A stretch of DNA of 64,000 bases, taken from assembly GCF_006345805.1 (NCBI RefSeq), contig NC_043011.1:22890464-22954463 (forward strand), given 5' to 3'. Each line of letters starts with the position of its first letter. The stretch's first letter is position 1. A program made the position numbers and the translations under genes. This document shows, piece by piece, positions 1 through 50,519 of this stretch. Origin of the DNA: Octopus sinensis (Eukaryota). The notes under the pieces were generated by a model. The model had not been told where the DNA came from. It made no database searches and was given only the letters and a program-made list of their open reading frames with translations.

Positions 1-147
1 GCTTCTGAGTCAGCAGACAAGGAGAAGGAAAACAAAACCAAGGCAAAACGAGCATCTCAGGTAATTTAAAGTAGTTAATTAGAGTAAAGTGAATCAAAAA
101 AGGAAAAGTAGAAGGAAAATTGAAAATAGGAGAAATAGAAGTAATTA

Positions 148-712
148 TTGGGTTGTCCGGAAAGTTCGTGCCGATTTATAGTAGCTTACCTTTCGACTTA
201 TTTTAGAACATGGTTGAGTCGATAAAATAAAATTTGACTACACCTCCATTTAGAGCACAGTTTAAGCTATCTTTTCGTGGAAGAAGATTTATGTTCCTAT
301 AACCTGTGTTAATTCTGTACCCTTTAAAATGGAAGATAAGCAAGTTCATTTTCGGTACTTGATGCTTTGGGAACCAGACAAAAATTGCTGTAGCTCGGCT
401 GGGATGTTTTACCCCACCCTCAATATTCACCAGATATTGCTCCTTCGGATTTCCACTTATTCAGGTCTCTGTAGAATAGTCTTCATGGTAAAATTTTCAA
501 TTCCTTGGATGACGTAAAAAGATACCTTGATGAATTGTTTGCCATGAAACCACCTCAATTCTGGGAAGAGGGGATTTTCAAGTTGAAGGAAGGATGAAGA
601 CTCATTGTGCAACAAAATGGTTCATATTTGGTTGATTAAAAATGTAATGGCAAGTATTTATTGACCTTTTCATTTCCTTTAAAAATCGGCACGAACTTTC
701 CGGACAACCCAA
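148..712 (+). mobile_element. Non-autonomous mariner (internal deletion derivative)
   Basis: 30-bp perfect TIRs TTGGGTTGTCCGGAAAGTTCGTGCCGATTT; TA on both flanks; a transposase N-terminal remnant fused to the YSPDIAPSDFHLF region. Confidence 0.92.
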
Positions 713-873
713 TACTTCTGTTTCTCCCTTCTTGATTCACCTTACTCTAATTAAATATTCTAAACGCCCTTTCCTTTCCTTTAATGTGTGTGCGTGCATG
801 TTTGTGTGTGTGTGTGTGTATACATATACATATTGAGTATCATAATTATAACAAATATTGGATATGCATTGAG

Positions 874-1286
874 GGATCTTTTCAGTTTGAACGGCAGTTT
901 TTAACATAATTTCTAGGTAACTAAAAAATGTTAAACTTCGTATACTGGTAGAATGTGTTTATAAAACATCTTTTTCTCTTAGCTTTATTGAGAAAATTCT
1001 ATACTTTGTAAGATATTTGTTGTTGTTTTTTTCTTCAATTTCTGCAATTTCAACCAATCACTGACGTCCATTGAGGTAAAAAAACATTCTGTGCCGTATG
1101 AATATGTCCCTCGTTTAAGAAACAGATTGGGTTTATTTACATTTGTGAAGAAAAAAAAGATACCCTCCCCCCACCCTAACCCTAAAACAGATTGAAATGC
1201 AATAGATCGATACTAGGGCCATAATTATGGGTGACAATTTCATATGACACCGCTAGAAAAAACTGCCGTTCAAACCGAAAAGATCC
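874..1286. mobile_element. MITE with 29-bp TIRs and 8-bp TSD (Merlin-like or hAT-like)
   Basis: TIR GGATCTTTTCAGTTTGAACGGCAGTTTTT (1 mismatch); TSD GCATTGAG at 866-873 and 1287-1294. Confidence 0.85.
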
Positions 1287-1796
1287 GCATTGAGTCCTTT
1301 AGTCAATGTTTATTCTTTGTATGTTTTTAAACTAGACATTCATACGCACGTGTGTGTGAGCGTGAGTATATCTGTGCATTAGTCTCTTGGCACTGACTAA
1401 AAGTTTTGTTATTTGCATGCTCATAAGAAAGCGGTTTGGTTGGAAGAAGGTGAAAGAATAAGTATTAGAGTCTAAAACAAATATAACTGCATCCAATGCC
1501 TGTAACAAGCAAAAAAGTAGGAATATACATGTGTGTGTTTGCGCCTATGAGTGGGTTTCTTTTTTTTTTTTACCCTTTCCTTCTTACAGTCATTGGACAG
1601 CAGCCACGGTATTTAAAGCAACTGCTATCGAATATTTTATGAGGTAGACGTCTCCTACTCAAACGCAAGGAAGTTATGTTGAAGCTAGGTCAATCTATTA
1701 CACGAAATGCATATGTATGCATTAACACAGACACATACATGCACACACGCGCGCACACATACATACGTACATACATATCTATCTAGCTAGCTATCG

Positions 1797-1829
<33 letters not shown>

Positions 1830-2304
1830 CATATATATATATATCGCTATTGAATCAAAAGAAACAAAACTAATCCAACAAGTGGGAAAATAAATATTTT
1901 CTTTATACCAAGTGGGAAAATGAATAATGAATAACAAAAAGTAAAAGGTTCTATTCATTTGAAGAACAAGTTACTATGACAAGTTAAACTAACCGTAAAA
2001 CTTTTGAGCGAGAGCAAAGCACATAATTTAAGCAGTCGCTCTCAGCTCCTACGACTCTTACTCCTCTAGTATTAGAGACCCAGACAGCTGCTATCCTCGC
2101 CCAATAGACTCGACTGCTAAAACCCACGTGATTTTGCAAACAAAACTTTTTAGAGTTTTAATTTAAACCACGTTGCATTTTCAATCTTGTGTACAATTTC
2201 TGTTCCGAAAAAACTTCTGTGTTTCAACGTCGTACTTGCATATTTGCATATATCTATCACTTTTTTTTCTTTTGCCATCGGTCTTTCTTATCTTTATCCT
2301 TATA

Positions 2305-27764
<25,460 letters not shown>

Positions 27765-28859
27765 ATAAATAGAATAATAAACATGCTAATTGCATACAAT
27801 ATTGTTTTGTATTTCTATTAAATTGTATTTAGATTCACTTTCACAATTGGCATTATATAACCCTAAGAAAGGCTCTTGTGATAAAATTTTATTTGAACTT
27901 TATTTATGTCCTTTTAGATCTTCTCACAGAAATGGTTTATAGAACAGTGTATTTCACTTTAAACTGATAATTTGAGGTGTAAAAACTATAGGCTTTTCAT
28001 CATCGTTTAACGTCTGCTTTCCATGCTAGCATGGGTTGGACGGTGTGACTGAGGTCTGGAGAACCAGATGACTGCACCAGGCTCCAATCTGATTTGGCAG
28101 AGTTTCTACAGCTGGATTCCCTTCCTAATGCCAACCACTCCGAGAGTGTAGTGGTGTTTTTATGTGTCACCGGCACGGGGGCCAGTCAGGCGGTACTGGC
28201 AATGACCTCGCTTGAATCTTTTTACACATGCCACTGGCACAGGTGCCAGTAAGGCAATGCCGGTAACAATCACGTTTGAATGGTGCCTTTTACATGCCAC
28301 CAGCACGGAAGCCAGTTAGCCGCTCTGGCAACAATCACGCTCGGATGGTGCTCTTAGCACCCTACTAGCATGGGGCACAAGTGCCAGTAAGGCAACGCTG
28401 GTAACAATCACACTCGAATGGTGCCTTTTATGTGCCACTGGCACGGAAGCCAGTTAGCCGCTCTGGCAATGATCGCACTCGTATGTTGCTCTTTGCACCC
28501 CACTAGCACAGGTGCCAGTCATCGAATTTAACATCAATTCTGTTATTTGTAGGTTGTGTGAAGAATATTTTAAAAGTGGGATGTGGTTTGGCAAGATAAC
28601 TGTTAGTGAATTGGAAAATGCAAAGTTGTTATGATTTTCTATTTTTCCAGTCATTGTAACTGCTATTGGATTAGGAGATCTAGGATCTGAAAGGAAAATC
28701 AAGAATTTTGAATAGCTTTTATCAGAAATTTCTTCCTCCAAATTTTCAACACTGTTTTCCAAGAGTAGCCATTAAATTCATTGCAGGTAATTAGTCATGA
28801 TAAATTTCTCACAAGATAATGTACATTACAAGATGATATATTGTTGGTAAATTCATCAT

Positions 28860-29150
28860 TGGGCATTTTATCCACAGAATATATTACATATTGTGCAAAT
28901 CTCCCCAAAGCCTACATAGGTGAAACCTCTAGGAGTATTTGCAAAAGATTCAAAGAACATTGGAACAAGGCCTAACTCTGTTTTCTAACAGCATACATTT
29001 GATTGCAATGGCTCCTTAGGTGACTTGTATTAGATATCTTGTATACAGATACTTCTAATAAAATGTTGAGACAAATCACTGAATCTGTCTGTAATACAAA
29101 TCCACCCTCAACTGCAAGTCTGAATGGGATGACATCCATGTTTCTCCTTA
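28860..29150 (+). mobile_element. Penelope-like element remnant (GIY-YIG endonuclease)
   Basis: 28892-28960 translates to CANLPKAYIGETSRSICKRFKEH, the YIGET..R..EH signature. Confidence 0.7.
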
Positions 29151-29579
29151 ACTCCATCTTTTTTATCTTTAATTTTTAACCCTTCTATATATCTAATTTT
29201 TTATTATTCTTAATTAGTTTATTTATTTTTATTCCTTCCACCTAATTCTTCTTATGCCTCCCCTTTGTTATTCCCCCTCCTTCTTCTAATGCCCTCTTTT
29301 TTCTCTTCTTCCTCCTCTCCTCATTCTTTATTATTAATGGTGAGCTGGCAGAATTGTTAGCACACTGGACGAAATGTTTATCGTTATTTTGCCCGTCACT
29401 ATGTTCTGAGTTCAAATTCCGCAAAGGCCAACTTTACCTTTCATCCTTTCAGGGTTGATAAAATAAGTACCAGTTGAACACTGGGGTTGATGTAATCGAC
29501 TCATCCCCTCTCCCAGAATTGCTGCCCCCATGGCAAAATTTGAAACCATTATTATTATTATTATTAGTGTCTTTACCAT

Positions 29580-30975
29580 TTTATTTGTGTTATGCTGATG
29601 ACTTTGCTCTCATAGCTGAATCACTACCTGAGCTAGAGAAGTTCTAGGTATGGAAACAAGGTCTAGAATCAAAGGACCTTAGAGTTAACCTAGCAAAAAC
29701 CAAAGTCATAGTAAGTAGGAAGGCAGACAGATCACAAATCTGCTCAGGTAGATTGCTCTGCTCAATCTATAGAAAAGGTGTAGGTAGAAACTCCATAAGA
29801 TGCACCCAGTGTAAGATTTGGACACACAAAAGATGCAGTAACATCAAAGGAAGGTTAACAGAGAAAGTAACTTCTATATGTGGAAGGTGCACAGGCATAA
29901 TAAATACTGAACATATGTGGAAAATAGACTCCATCAACTTCTGAGGGGGGGGGGTCAAGCTAGAGGTAGTAGATAGCTTCTGGTATCTAGGTGGCCAGAA
30001 TAGTAGTAGAGATGGTTGTTCCGAGAGAATAGCTATGAGAATAAGATTAGGCTGGGCTAAGTTCAGGGAGCTCCTACCTCTGCTGGCAACAAAGGGCCTC
30101 TCGATCAGAGTGAAAGGCAAATTGTTTGATGCCTGTGTGCAAATAGCTATGTTGCATGGCAGTGAAACATGGGTTATAACAGCCAAGGACATGTGTAGGA
30201 TTGAGAGAAATGAAGCAAGTATGCTTCGCTGGATGTGCATGTTCGGCAGTGTAAGCATCTTGAGAGAAAAGTTAGGCATAAGAGGAATCAGATGTGATGT
30301 GCCAGAGAGACGACTGTGCTGGTATGATCATGTGATGCATATGGACGAGGACAGTTGTGTAAAGAAGTGTTGATCTCTAACTGTGGAGGGAACCTATAGT
30401 AGAGGTAGATCCAGGAAGACATGGGATGAGGTGGTGAAGCATGACCTTCAAACTTTGAACCTCACAGAGGCAATGACTAATGACCGAGACCTTTGGCAAT
30501 GTCCTCTGCTTAAGAGGACTCATTGAGCTAAGTGCACCCATGCTGGTGGCATGTAAAAAGATCAACCTTTGAATATTGGGCCTGACAGAGGCAAAATGGC
30601 TGAGTTGCTTTTGAGCAGGCCTCACAGAGGTGAAGTGGCTGAGTTTCTTCCAAGTGTTGGGCCTCATGGAGACAAAATGGCCAAGCTCCTTTTGAGTGGG
30701 CCTCGTGGAAGCAATGACCAAGGCCTATGGCATTATGTCATGCTTGAGAAGAAGACCCATCAAACCAAGTAAAATCGCAGTCATGGCAGATACCAGTAGC
30801 ATGTAAAAGTACCCATTACATGCTTAGAGTGGTTGGCGTTAGGAAGGGCATCCAGCTGAAGAAAACCATGCCAAATCACACTGGATCCTGGCACAGCCTT
30901 CCAGCATGCCAGCCCAGTTAAACTGTCCAATCCATGCCAGCATGGGCAATGGATGTTAAATGATGATGATGATTC
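29580..30975 (+). mobile_element. Degraded RTE LINE 3' portion, same family as 3395-5520
   Basis: ORFs 29753-29944 and 30035-30373 (WAKFRELLPLL, GSETW) plus the 3' UTR and (ATG)n tail. Confidence 0.88.
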
Positions 30976-31519
30976 GTATTGTCATTTAGGCAGCATTTCA
31001 TCTTTACATTCTGGGTTCAAATTCCGCTGATGTCAACCTTGCTTTTCATCCTGATAGGGTTGGTAAAATAAGTACCAGTTGATCACTGGGGTCCAAGTAA
31101 TTTCCTTAGCCCCTCTCCTGACCTTGCCTTTCATCCTGATAGGGTTGGTAAAATAAGTACCAGTTGATCACTGGGGTCCAAGTAATTTCCTTAGCCCCTC
31201 TCCTGAAATTGCTGGCCTTGTGCCAAAATTTGAAACCATCATTATTATCGTCATTGTTATTATTTTAGTGTTCTAATTATTAAGGCAGAATTGTGACCAT
31301 GTGGGGCGAAATGCCCACAAGCATTTTGTCATTACATTCTGAGTTCAAATTCCACCACCACTGACTTTTCCTTATATCCTTTCAGGGTCCATAAAATAAG
31401 TACCAGAGTTGATATAATTGACTTCTTCCCCTCAAAACTCTTGGCCCTGTACCAAAATTCGAAACTTTTATTATTATAATTATAAGCATTGTTAGTGCAT
31501 ATAAGTACTATTTTACTAC

Positions 31520-31690
31520 AACCACTGCCATTATTGCTGCTTTTTCTCCTACTATTACTACTCTTAATACTACTACTACTGCCACTACCACCAGCACCAC
31601 CACTACTACTACTACAACTACCACTACTGCTACTGTTACCACCATCACAACTATTATTACAACACCTACTGTCACTACTATTACTACTAC
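31520..31690. repeat. (ACT)n/(ACC)n trinucleotide low-complexity tract
   Basis: Direct reading. Confidence 0.85.
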
Positions 31691-32146
31691 TTCAGCTCAA
31701 ACTTGTCCCCCCCCCCCGTCCAGAACACCACTCCTTGAAACCTTCAATGTTCTGACTGACATTGTCACATTGTATTCCTTCTAAATATGATGACAAAGGA
31801 AGAGAAGAAGGAATAACACAAGAGGCAGCTAAATATCAAAAATCAATGATGACTGACCAGCTCTGAACACCCAACCAGAACAAATGATGACCTTTGCCAA
31901 AAATAAAGAAACAAAGAATGAAGAAAACATCCCAGAATCTTACAAACTATGTATGTGTCACCTTATAATCTTTTATCTTTTAGTTGTTTCATTCGTTTGA
32001 CTGGGACCATGCTGGGGCACCATCATGAAGGGTTATTTTGTCGATTAGATTGTCCCCCATGACTTACGATATTTAAAGCCTAGTATTTATTCTATCAGTC
32101 TTTTTTGCCGAACTGCTAAGTTAGGGGATGTTAACTTACCACCACC

Positions 32147-32547
32147 AGTAGTCAAGCAGGGGGGGAGGAGGATGGGACAAACACAGTAGTCAAGCAGGGG
32201 GAGGAGGCTGGGACAAACACAGTAGTCAAGCAGGGGGGGGCAGAAGGATGGGACAAACACAATAGTCAAGCAGGGGGAGGAGGATGGGACAAACACAGTA
32301 GACAAGCAAGGGGAGGAGGATGGGACAAACACAATAGTCAAGCAGGGGGAGGAGGATGGGACAAACACAGTAGTCAAGCAAGGGGAGGAGGATGGGACAA
32401 ACACAGTAGTCAAGCAGGGGGAGGAGGATGGGACAAACATAATAGTCAAGCAGGGCGGGGATGGGACAAACACAGTAGTCAAGCAGGGGGGAGGAGGATG
32501 GGACAAACACAGTAGTCAAGCACGGGGGAGGAGGATGGGACAAACAC
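32147..32547. repeat. Minisatellite, 11 copies of an approximately 36-bp unit AGTAGTCAAGCAGGGGGAGGAGGATGGGACAAACAC
   Basis: Units counted directly. Confidence 0.95.
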
Positions 32548-34267
32548 AGATGCAAAGACAGACAGACAGACGCATAATAAGTTGAAAAACATAATAAATG
32601 CACTAACAAACGTAAAACAGACACACAGAAGGCCATCAACTCCTCATCAATTATTGGCCGGAGGGTCAAATGCAATTTTGTGCCTTACGATAATATTACT
32701 TCACTTCTTGGTGGCACCAACAAGAAGAAGCTGCTGGAAAATGAACCAAAACATAAAAGAATGAGAACAAAAAGAAGTGGATAAACATGCAATAGAGAAG
32801 TTGTTATAGGCGCAGGAGTGGCTGTGTGGTAAGTAGCTTGCTAACCAACCACATGGTTCCGGGTTCAGTCCCACTGCGTGGCATCTTGGGCAAGTGTCTT
32901 CTGCTATAGCCCCGGGCCGACCAATGTCTTGTGAGTGGATTTGGTAGACGGAAACTGAAAGAAGCCTGTCGTATATATGTTTGTGTGTATGTGTTTGTCC
33001 CCCTAGCATTGCTTGACAACCGATGCTGGTGTGTTTACGTCCCCGTAACTTAGCGGTTCGGCAAAAGAGACCGATAGAATAAGTACTGGGCTTACAAAGA
33101 ATAAGTCCCGGGGTCAATTTGCTCAACTAAAGGTGGTGCTCCAGCATGGCCGCAGTCAAATGACTGAAACAAGTAAAAGAGTATACGAACATGAATAAAT
33201 GTGATTCAAGACGAGGATCTTCTGTGACTGCTTTCTGCTTGTTTATACATTTATTATATGTTTTTTAACTTATTAATTAATGGGGACAGTGCTGTCTGAC
33301 TGGTACCATGCCGGTGGCACGTAAAAGCACCATTCAAGCGTGGTCGTTGCCAGTACTGCCTCACTGGCTCCTATTCCGGTGAAACGTAAAAAGCACCATT
33401 CAAGAGTCGGTCGTTGCGAGTGCCGCCTGTCTGGCTCCAGTGCTGGTGACATGTAAAAAGCACCATTCAAGCGTAGTCGTTGCTTAGTGCCACCTGACTG
33501 GCTCCCGTGCCAGTGGTACGTAAAAAGCACCATTCAAGCATGGTCGATAAAAGTACCACCTGACTGGCCCTCGTGCCAGTGGAAAATAAAAAGCACCCAC
33601 TACACTCTCAGAGTGGTTGGCATAAGGAAGGGCATCCAGCTGGGGAAACCTTGCCAGATCATATTGGAGCCTGGTACAGCCTTCTGGCTTGCCATTCCTC
33701 AGTGAAACCATCCAACCCATGCCAGTATGGAAAGCGGACGTTAAACAGCGATGATGATGGAACACTACATACTCTTGATTTTTTTTATTATATATATAGA
33801 ACAATGAAGAAATAAATTATATGGGTATCCACTTTATACAGTTCAACTGATTAGTGCTTTGATAGAGCTTCAGGAATATAAAATGAAGGAGAGGAGAAAA
33901 CAAATTCAAAGGCCGATTATATATTCATTCAATACATATTAACGAAATTCTCCATGGTATACAAAGTACACACATAGATGCATTCATCTATATGATATAT
34001 GAAAAATTTCCAAGAATCTATAAATACATACACACGAAAATTTATAAATATATAAAATTTCATACACATAAAAATTTACAAACACATAAAAATTTATAAA
34101 TATACAAAAAGTGTAAGTACATTAATGTACTTGCGACAGGATGATAAAGTGGATGTAAAATAATTCATAAGTTGTCTGGAACATGTATAAAGTCTTACGG
34201 CCGTTTTGAAAAGATATATGTTGCTATGGGCGAGCTAACCCCAACCATATTCTATTTTTCCAATACT

Positions 34268-34794
34268 CCCGGAATCATTGGATTTTTTTTTTTTTTGCGT
34301 TGAATGAATTCCTGTGACTTCCTAATATGCTACAAAACCCTTTTTGGGGGTCCGAAAAACGGGGTGGGTGAGGTGGAAGCCTCGGAAATTTCTCCCCCAC
34401 CCCCTTTTGCCCGCACAATTTTCACTAAGGAAAAAAAATCGGACCTCCTAATATGCTGCAAATCCCTTATTTGGGTTCGGAAAGAAAGGTAAGGCCGGTC
34501 CCCGCTTTTTTTCGTGCGGGTGAAAAGATCAATGGGGTGGGGGTGAAATTTCTGCGGCTTCCACCTCATCCCACCCCGTTTTTTCGAACCCCAAAAAGGG
34601 TTTTGAAGCATATTAGGAGGTCACAGGAATTCATTCAACGAAAAAAAAAATTCCAATGATTCCGGGATGGGCCCTCCACTCCTTTTCCTGAACCAAAATA
34701 AGGGATTTGCAGCATATTAAGTCAGGGTACTTGATTCCCGGCAAAAAAATCCGAGTTTTGTTGTTTTTTTCTTTTTTTTTTGTGAAAATTGTGC
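34268..34794. repeat. Interleaved inverted repeats (A-B-A'-B')
   Basis: 34268-34416 is the reverse complement of 34511-34666; 34412-34490 is the reverse complement of 34681-34794, with indels. Confidence 0.8.
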
Positions 34795-35777
34795 AGGTGT
34801 TAATACAGAAATTTACCGAAAATTCAATTTATGTCGGTGTCCTGATCCGAAACTCCACCGAATCTTTTCTGTAGAATTTCATTTTCTTTTTATATTTTGT
34901 GCACCCAAATTCACCCCCCTTTTCTATGAAGTACTGATTGCTATTCTGAAACTACAACCTGCTCTCCCATTAAAACAAGAGCGATTCCTTAGAAACCTTA
35001 ATCGCAATAAGCAACACTGGACCAATAACCCGACAAGCTTGGGGAACGGAAGTGTAACGGATTTCTGAATTTTCCGGTTTTCTGAAGATATTTTAATATA
35101 TACTTAAAATTCATAATAAACTATGAAAAATAAAGAACGAAGTTCTGTTTCACAGAATCAAATTATCACACCTCTAAAGCAGGGTTTGTTTGATATTTAT
35201 TAATACACTTAAAATACATCATATTGTATGTATGTCATATACAGTATAATGTTTGTTGGATTAAAATTAAATGAAGAACACGATTTTATTTTATTTTATT
35301 TTTTTTGTTTTTGGATTTGGTTTGCAAGATTCTTTATATGAGTTCGTGGTGAGTGTGTTACATTATAAGGCACAAAAAGAAAATGACTCTCCCCAGACAC
35401 GATTTTATTTAACAGATATAAATACAAATTGATAAACTTGTAAAGTAGAGTGTTTAAATCTTCATCAATCCACTTAAACATGTGAAGAATAAAACAACTA
35501 CTTTTAACACACCGTATGCAAGTTAAGCGATTTAAGAAACAGGGTCCGTTCGCTCAATGCAGATTATAGAATGCTGCTCAATATTGCCGGATTTCTGGAA
35601 GCCAGTACGAAATTGTGGCTCGTCAATAACATTTCCTATGAAAATATTTGAAGGGAGATAATAAAAGGTAACCAAATGTGATGTGGCACAGGAAATATTT
35701 CTGTTCAGATTTTGTTTACTGTCATCTATGAGAACAATTCCAGAACTGCTTTAGAAGAACAAATCTCCGTCAACAAA

Positions 35778-48143
<12,366 letters not shown>

Positions 48144-50519
48144 TCCTTGTGGAGGTGTTCTTCAAATGCAGCAAGTCCGGAGTGGAATTTTGTAATTCAT
48201 ATGGTTTGGGATTTTCAATGAAAACTGGTGTCAAAGAATTGAATTGTGGTTTATACTCATACTTGATTTATATACATATACAATTATAAATGGGAATGAA
48301 TGAACATTGTGTGTATGATGTGTGTGTGTGTATGATGTGTGTGTGTGTATGATGTGTGTGTGTGTGTCAGTGTTGTGTGCATGTGTATGATCTATGAATG
48401 TTTATGCATTTTGAAATGTGTGTGAGTAATATCTGTATGTTTGAATATATGTGCATGTACATATTCATAAACATTGAGCCTATGAATTAATGTATTTGAG
48501 TTTTGAAATATGTAAATAAAATTTCAGAAAATATTATGCACAGACAAATGTATTAGGAAAAAAATAAATGTTTCCTATGTGTTTTTTGACTTTGTTAATA
48601 CTGAAAATTTTCTTATGTACCATTCTGTATACTAGCAAATCTACCCATTTACGATGGAAGCATAAAATGAAGGAGGGAAGTCATAACAGTAGTATGTATT
48701 GAGAAATGTGTAAATGGACTTGATAGATTACTGGGTGATGTCTTAGAGAAATCACATTATTGTTGGTGATACAGCATTCTATTGCAGTTATATGGCATGT
48801 GTTTGCGATTAAGTGACATGTGATGACAATTCACTCCCGAACTGAAATATGCTCCCAGCCTCTGTATCATGAATGGTTATGTGGACCACTCCTAATGAAA
48901 GCCAGAACATCCTCCGATCACTACATAAAAAGTATTAAGCAAAAATGTTATTTAGATATACTTTTATTTTAGTTGTTTACACTATTTTACACTTGTTTAT
49001 ACCCTTATGCATTCAAAGTTCCCAAATTTCCTTATTTGAATTATGAATCCTATTCCTTTCGATAATATCAATATGATTATAAAACTTCTTTGTAGACGAT
49101 ATTTTCTGTTTGGTCGACACTGATTTTTTAAATTACTCATAGCGACGTATAACTGGCTGTGTGTAAACATTAGAGTGGGTAAAAATACACCTACACAATC
49201 TAAAGTCTGGCCCTGTGCCTTGTTTGCTGAGAATGTATGAGCGGAACCTGTAGGGTTACAAAAAAAATCAAACTAAGACTTACCTCTCGCTGTTCTATGT
49301 GAATAATGTCTGGATGTTCTAGTACCATGGGTTATTTTGATTGGCAAAACTGAGATATAAATAACGGCTGCTTCAAAAAGCCATTTTGAATCCCGTTCGA
49401 GACTGACTCACCTCAATAACCACTAAATAATCACGCACACTTTTTCCATTTTATTTTCGCTATTACCTATTTCTTTACTACCCACAAGGGGCTAAACACA
49501 GAGAGGACAAACAAGGAAAGACAAACGGATTAAGTCGGTTATATTGACCCCAGTGCGTAACTGGTACTTATTTTATCGACCCCGAAAGGATGAAAGGCAA
49601 AGTCGACCTCGGCGGAATTTGAACTCACAACGTAACGGCAGATGAAATACCTCTTAGCATTTCACCCGGCGTGCTAACGATTCTGCCAGTTCCTCGCTAT
49701 TACCATCCACATGACCCCTTTGTATCTACAATGGGGCCACGAACTATTCAATAAAAATCCAGATTTGTGGTCTGTGAATTTTTAATAAAAATGCAGAGGT
49801 GGTTTATTGATTCAAAAATCAATATCCACAAAATAATAATACTTTCTGATTTTTTAATGCTAAAAACCTTCCTGACGACTGGCTTTGTAATCCCGAAAAA
49901 TTTCACCATTTGTCCAGCCATCTGGCCATGAAGGGGGAATGAAGAGATCGATATAACACCCATTATAGTAAGATAGCAAATCTGCCCAACTACGATGGGA
50001 AATAAAGGGATAGTATTGCAAATCTAAACCCTCTAAATTCACAAACTATACATGAGTGAAATCCAGAGTTAATTCTTGTTGCTGGAATTTTAACAAAAAA
50101 AAAAATCAAAGGTGATTTATTAATACAAAACTCAATATCTACTAAATAATCATACTTTTACACATAATTTTTTGCTAAAAACCTTCCTAATTACCTCCTT
50201 CAAAAAACATCATCACCATTGGTCCAGCCATTTGACCATGAAGAGGGAACAGACAGATAGATGGACATAACACCCATTATAGTAAGATTTTATTTGATGT
50301 GGGTACATCTCAAGGCAGCATCTCATAGACGTATAGTACCAAAAAGCACAGAAGATCAATAGCTAGAAAGAAGCATCCAGCAGCAACAGTGGAATTGCTG
50401 AATCTAGATTTCTGCTTCTTTGAGAATTAGCAGCTGAAGTATCCACTTAACAACCACATGTTGAGACAAATTTAGCTTCCACTTATATAGAAAAATAGTA
50501 CACCAATTATGACATCTTT

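Noticed and set aside
31489-31755. Leu/Pro-rich ORF resembling a signal or membrane peptide
   Set aside because: Translation of an (ACT)n/(ACC)n repeat.
32809-32880. tRNA-like sequences with A/B boxes at many positions
   Set aside because: These are SINE heads continuous with SINE bodies; no complete cloverleaf with an acceptor stem was found.
35296-35481. 61-aa minus-strand ORF divergent from SMIM7
   Set aside because: No recognisable motif or splice support, and the composition is AT-rich like intergenic DNA.
48812-48922. C/D-box snoRNA-like arrangement (GTGATGA ... CTGA ... CCGA with a short terminal stem)
   Set aside because: The terminal D box is non-canonical, the region is not in a known intron, and I could not verify an rRNA target.
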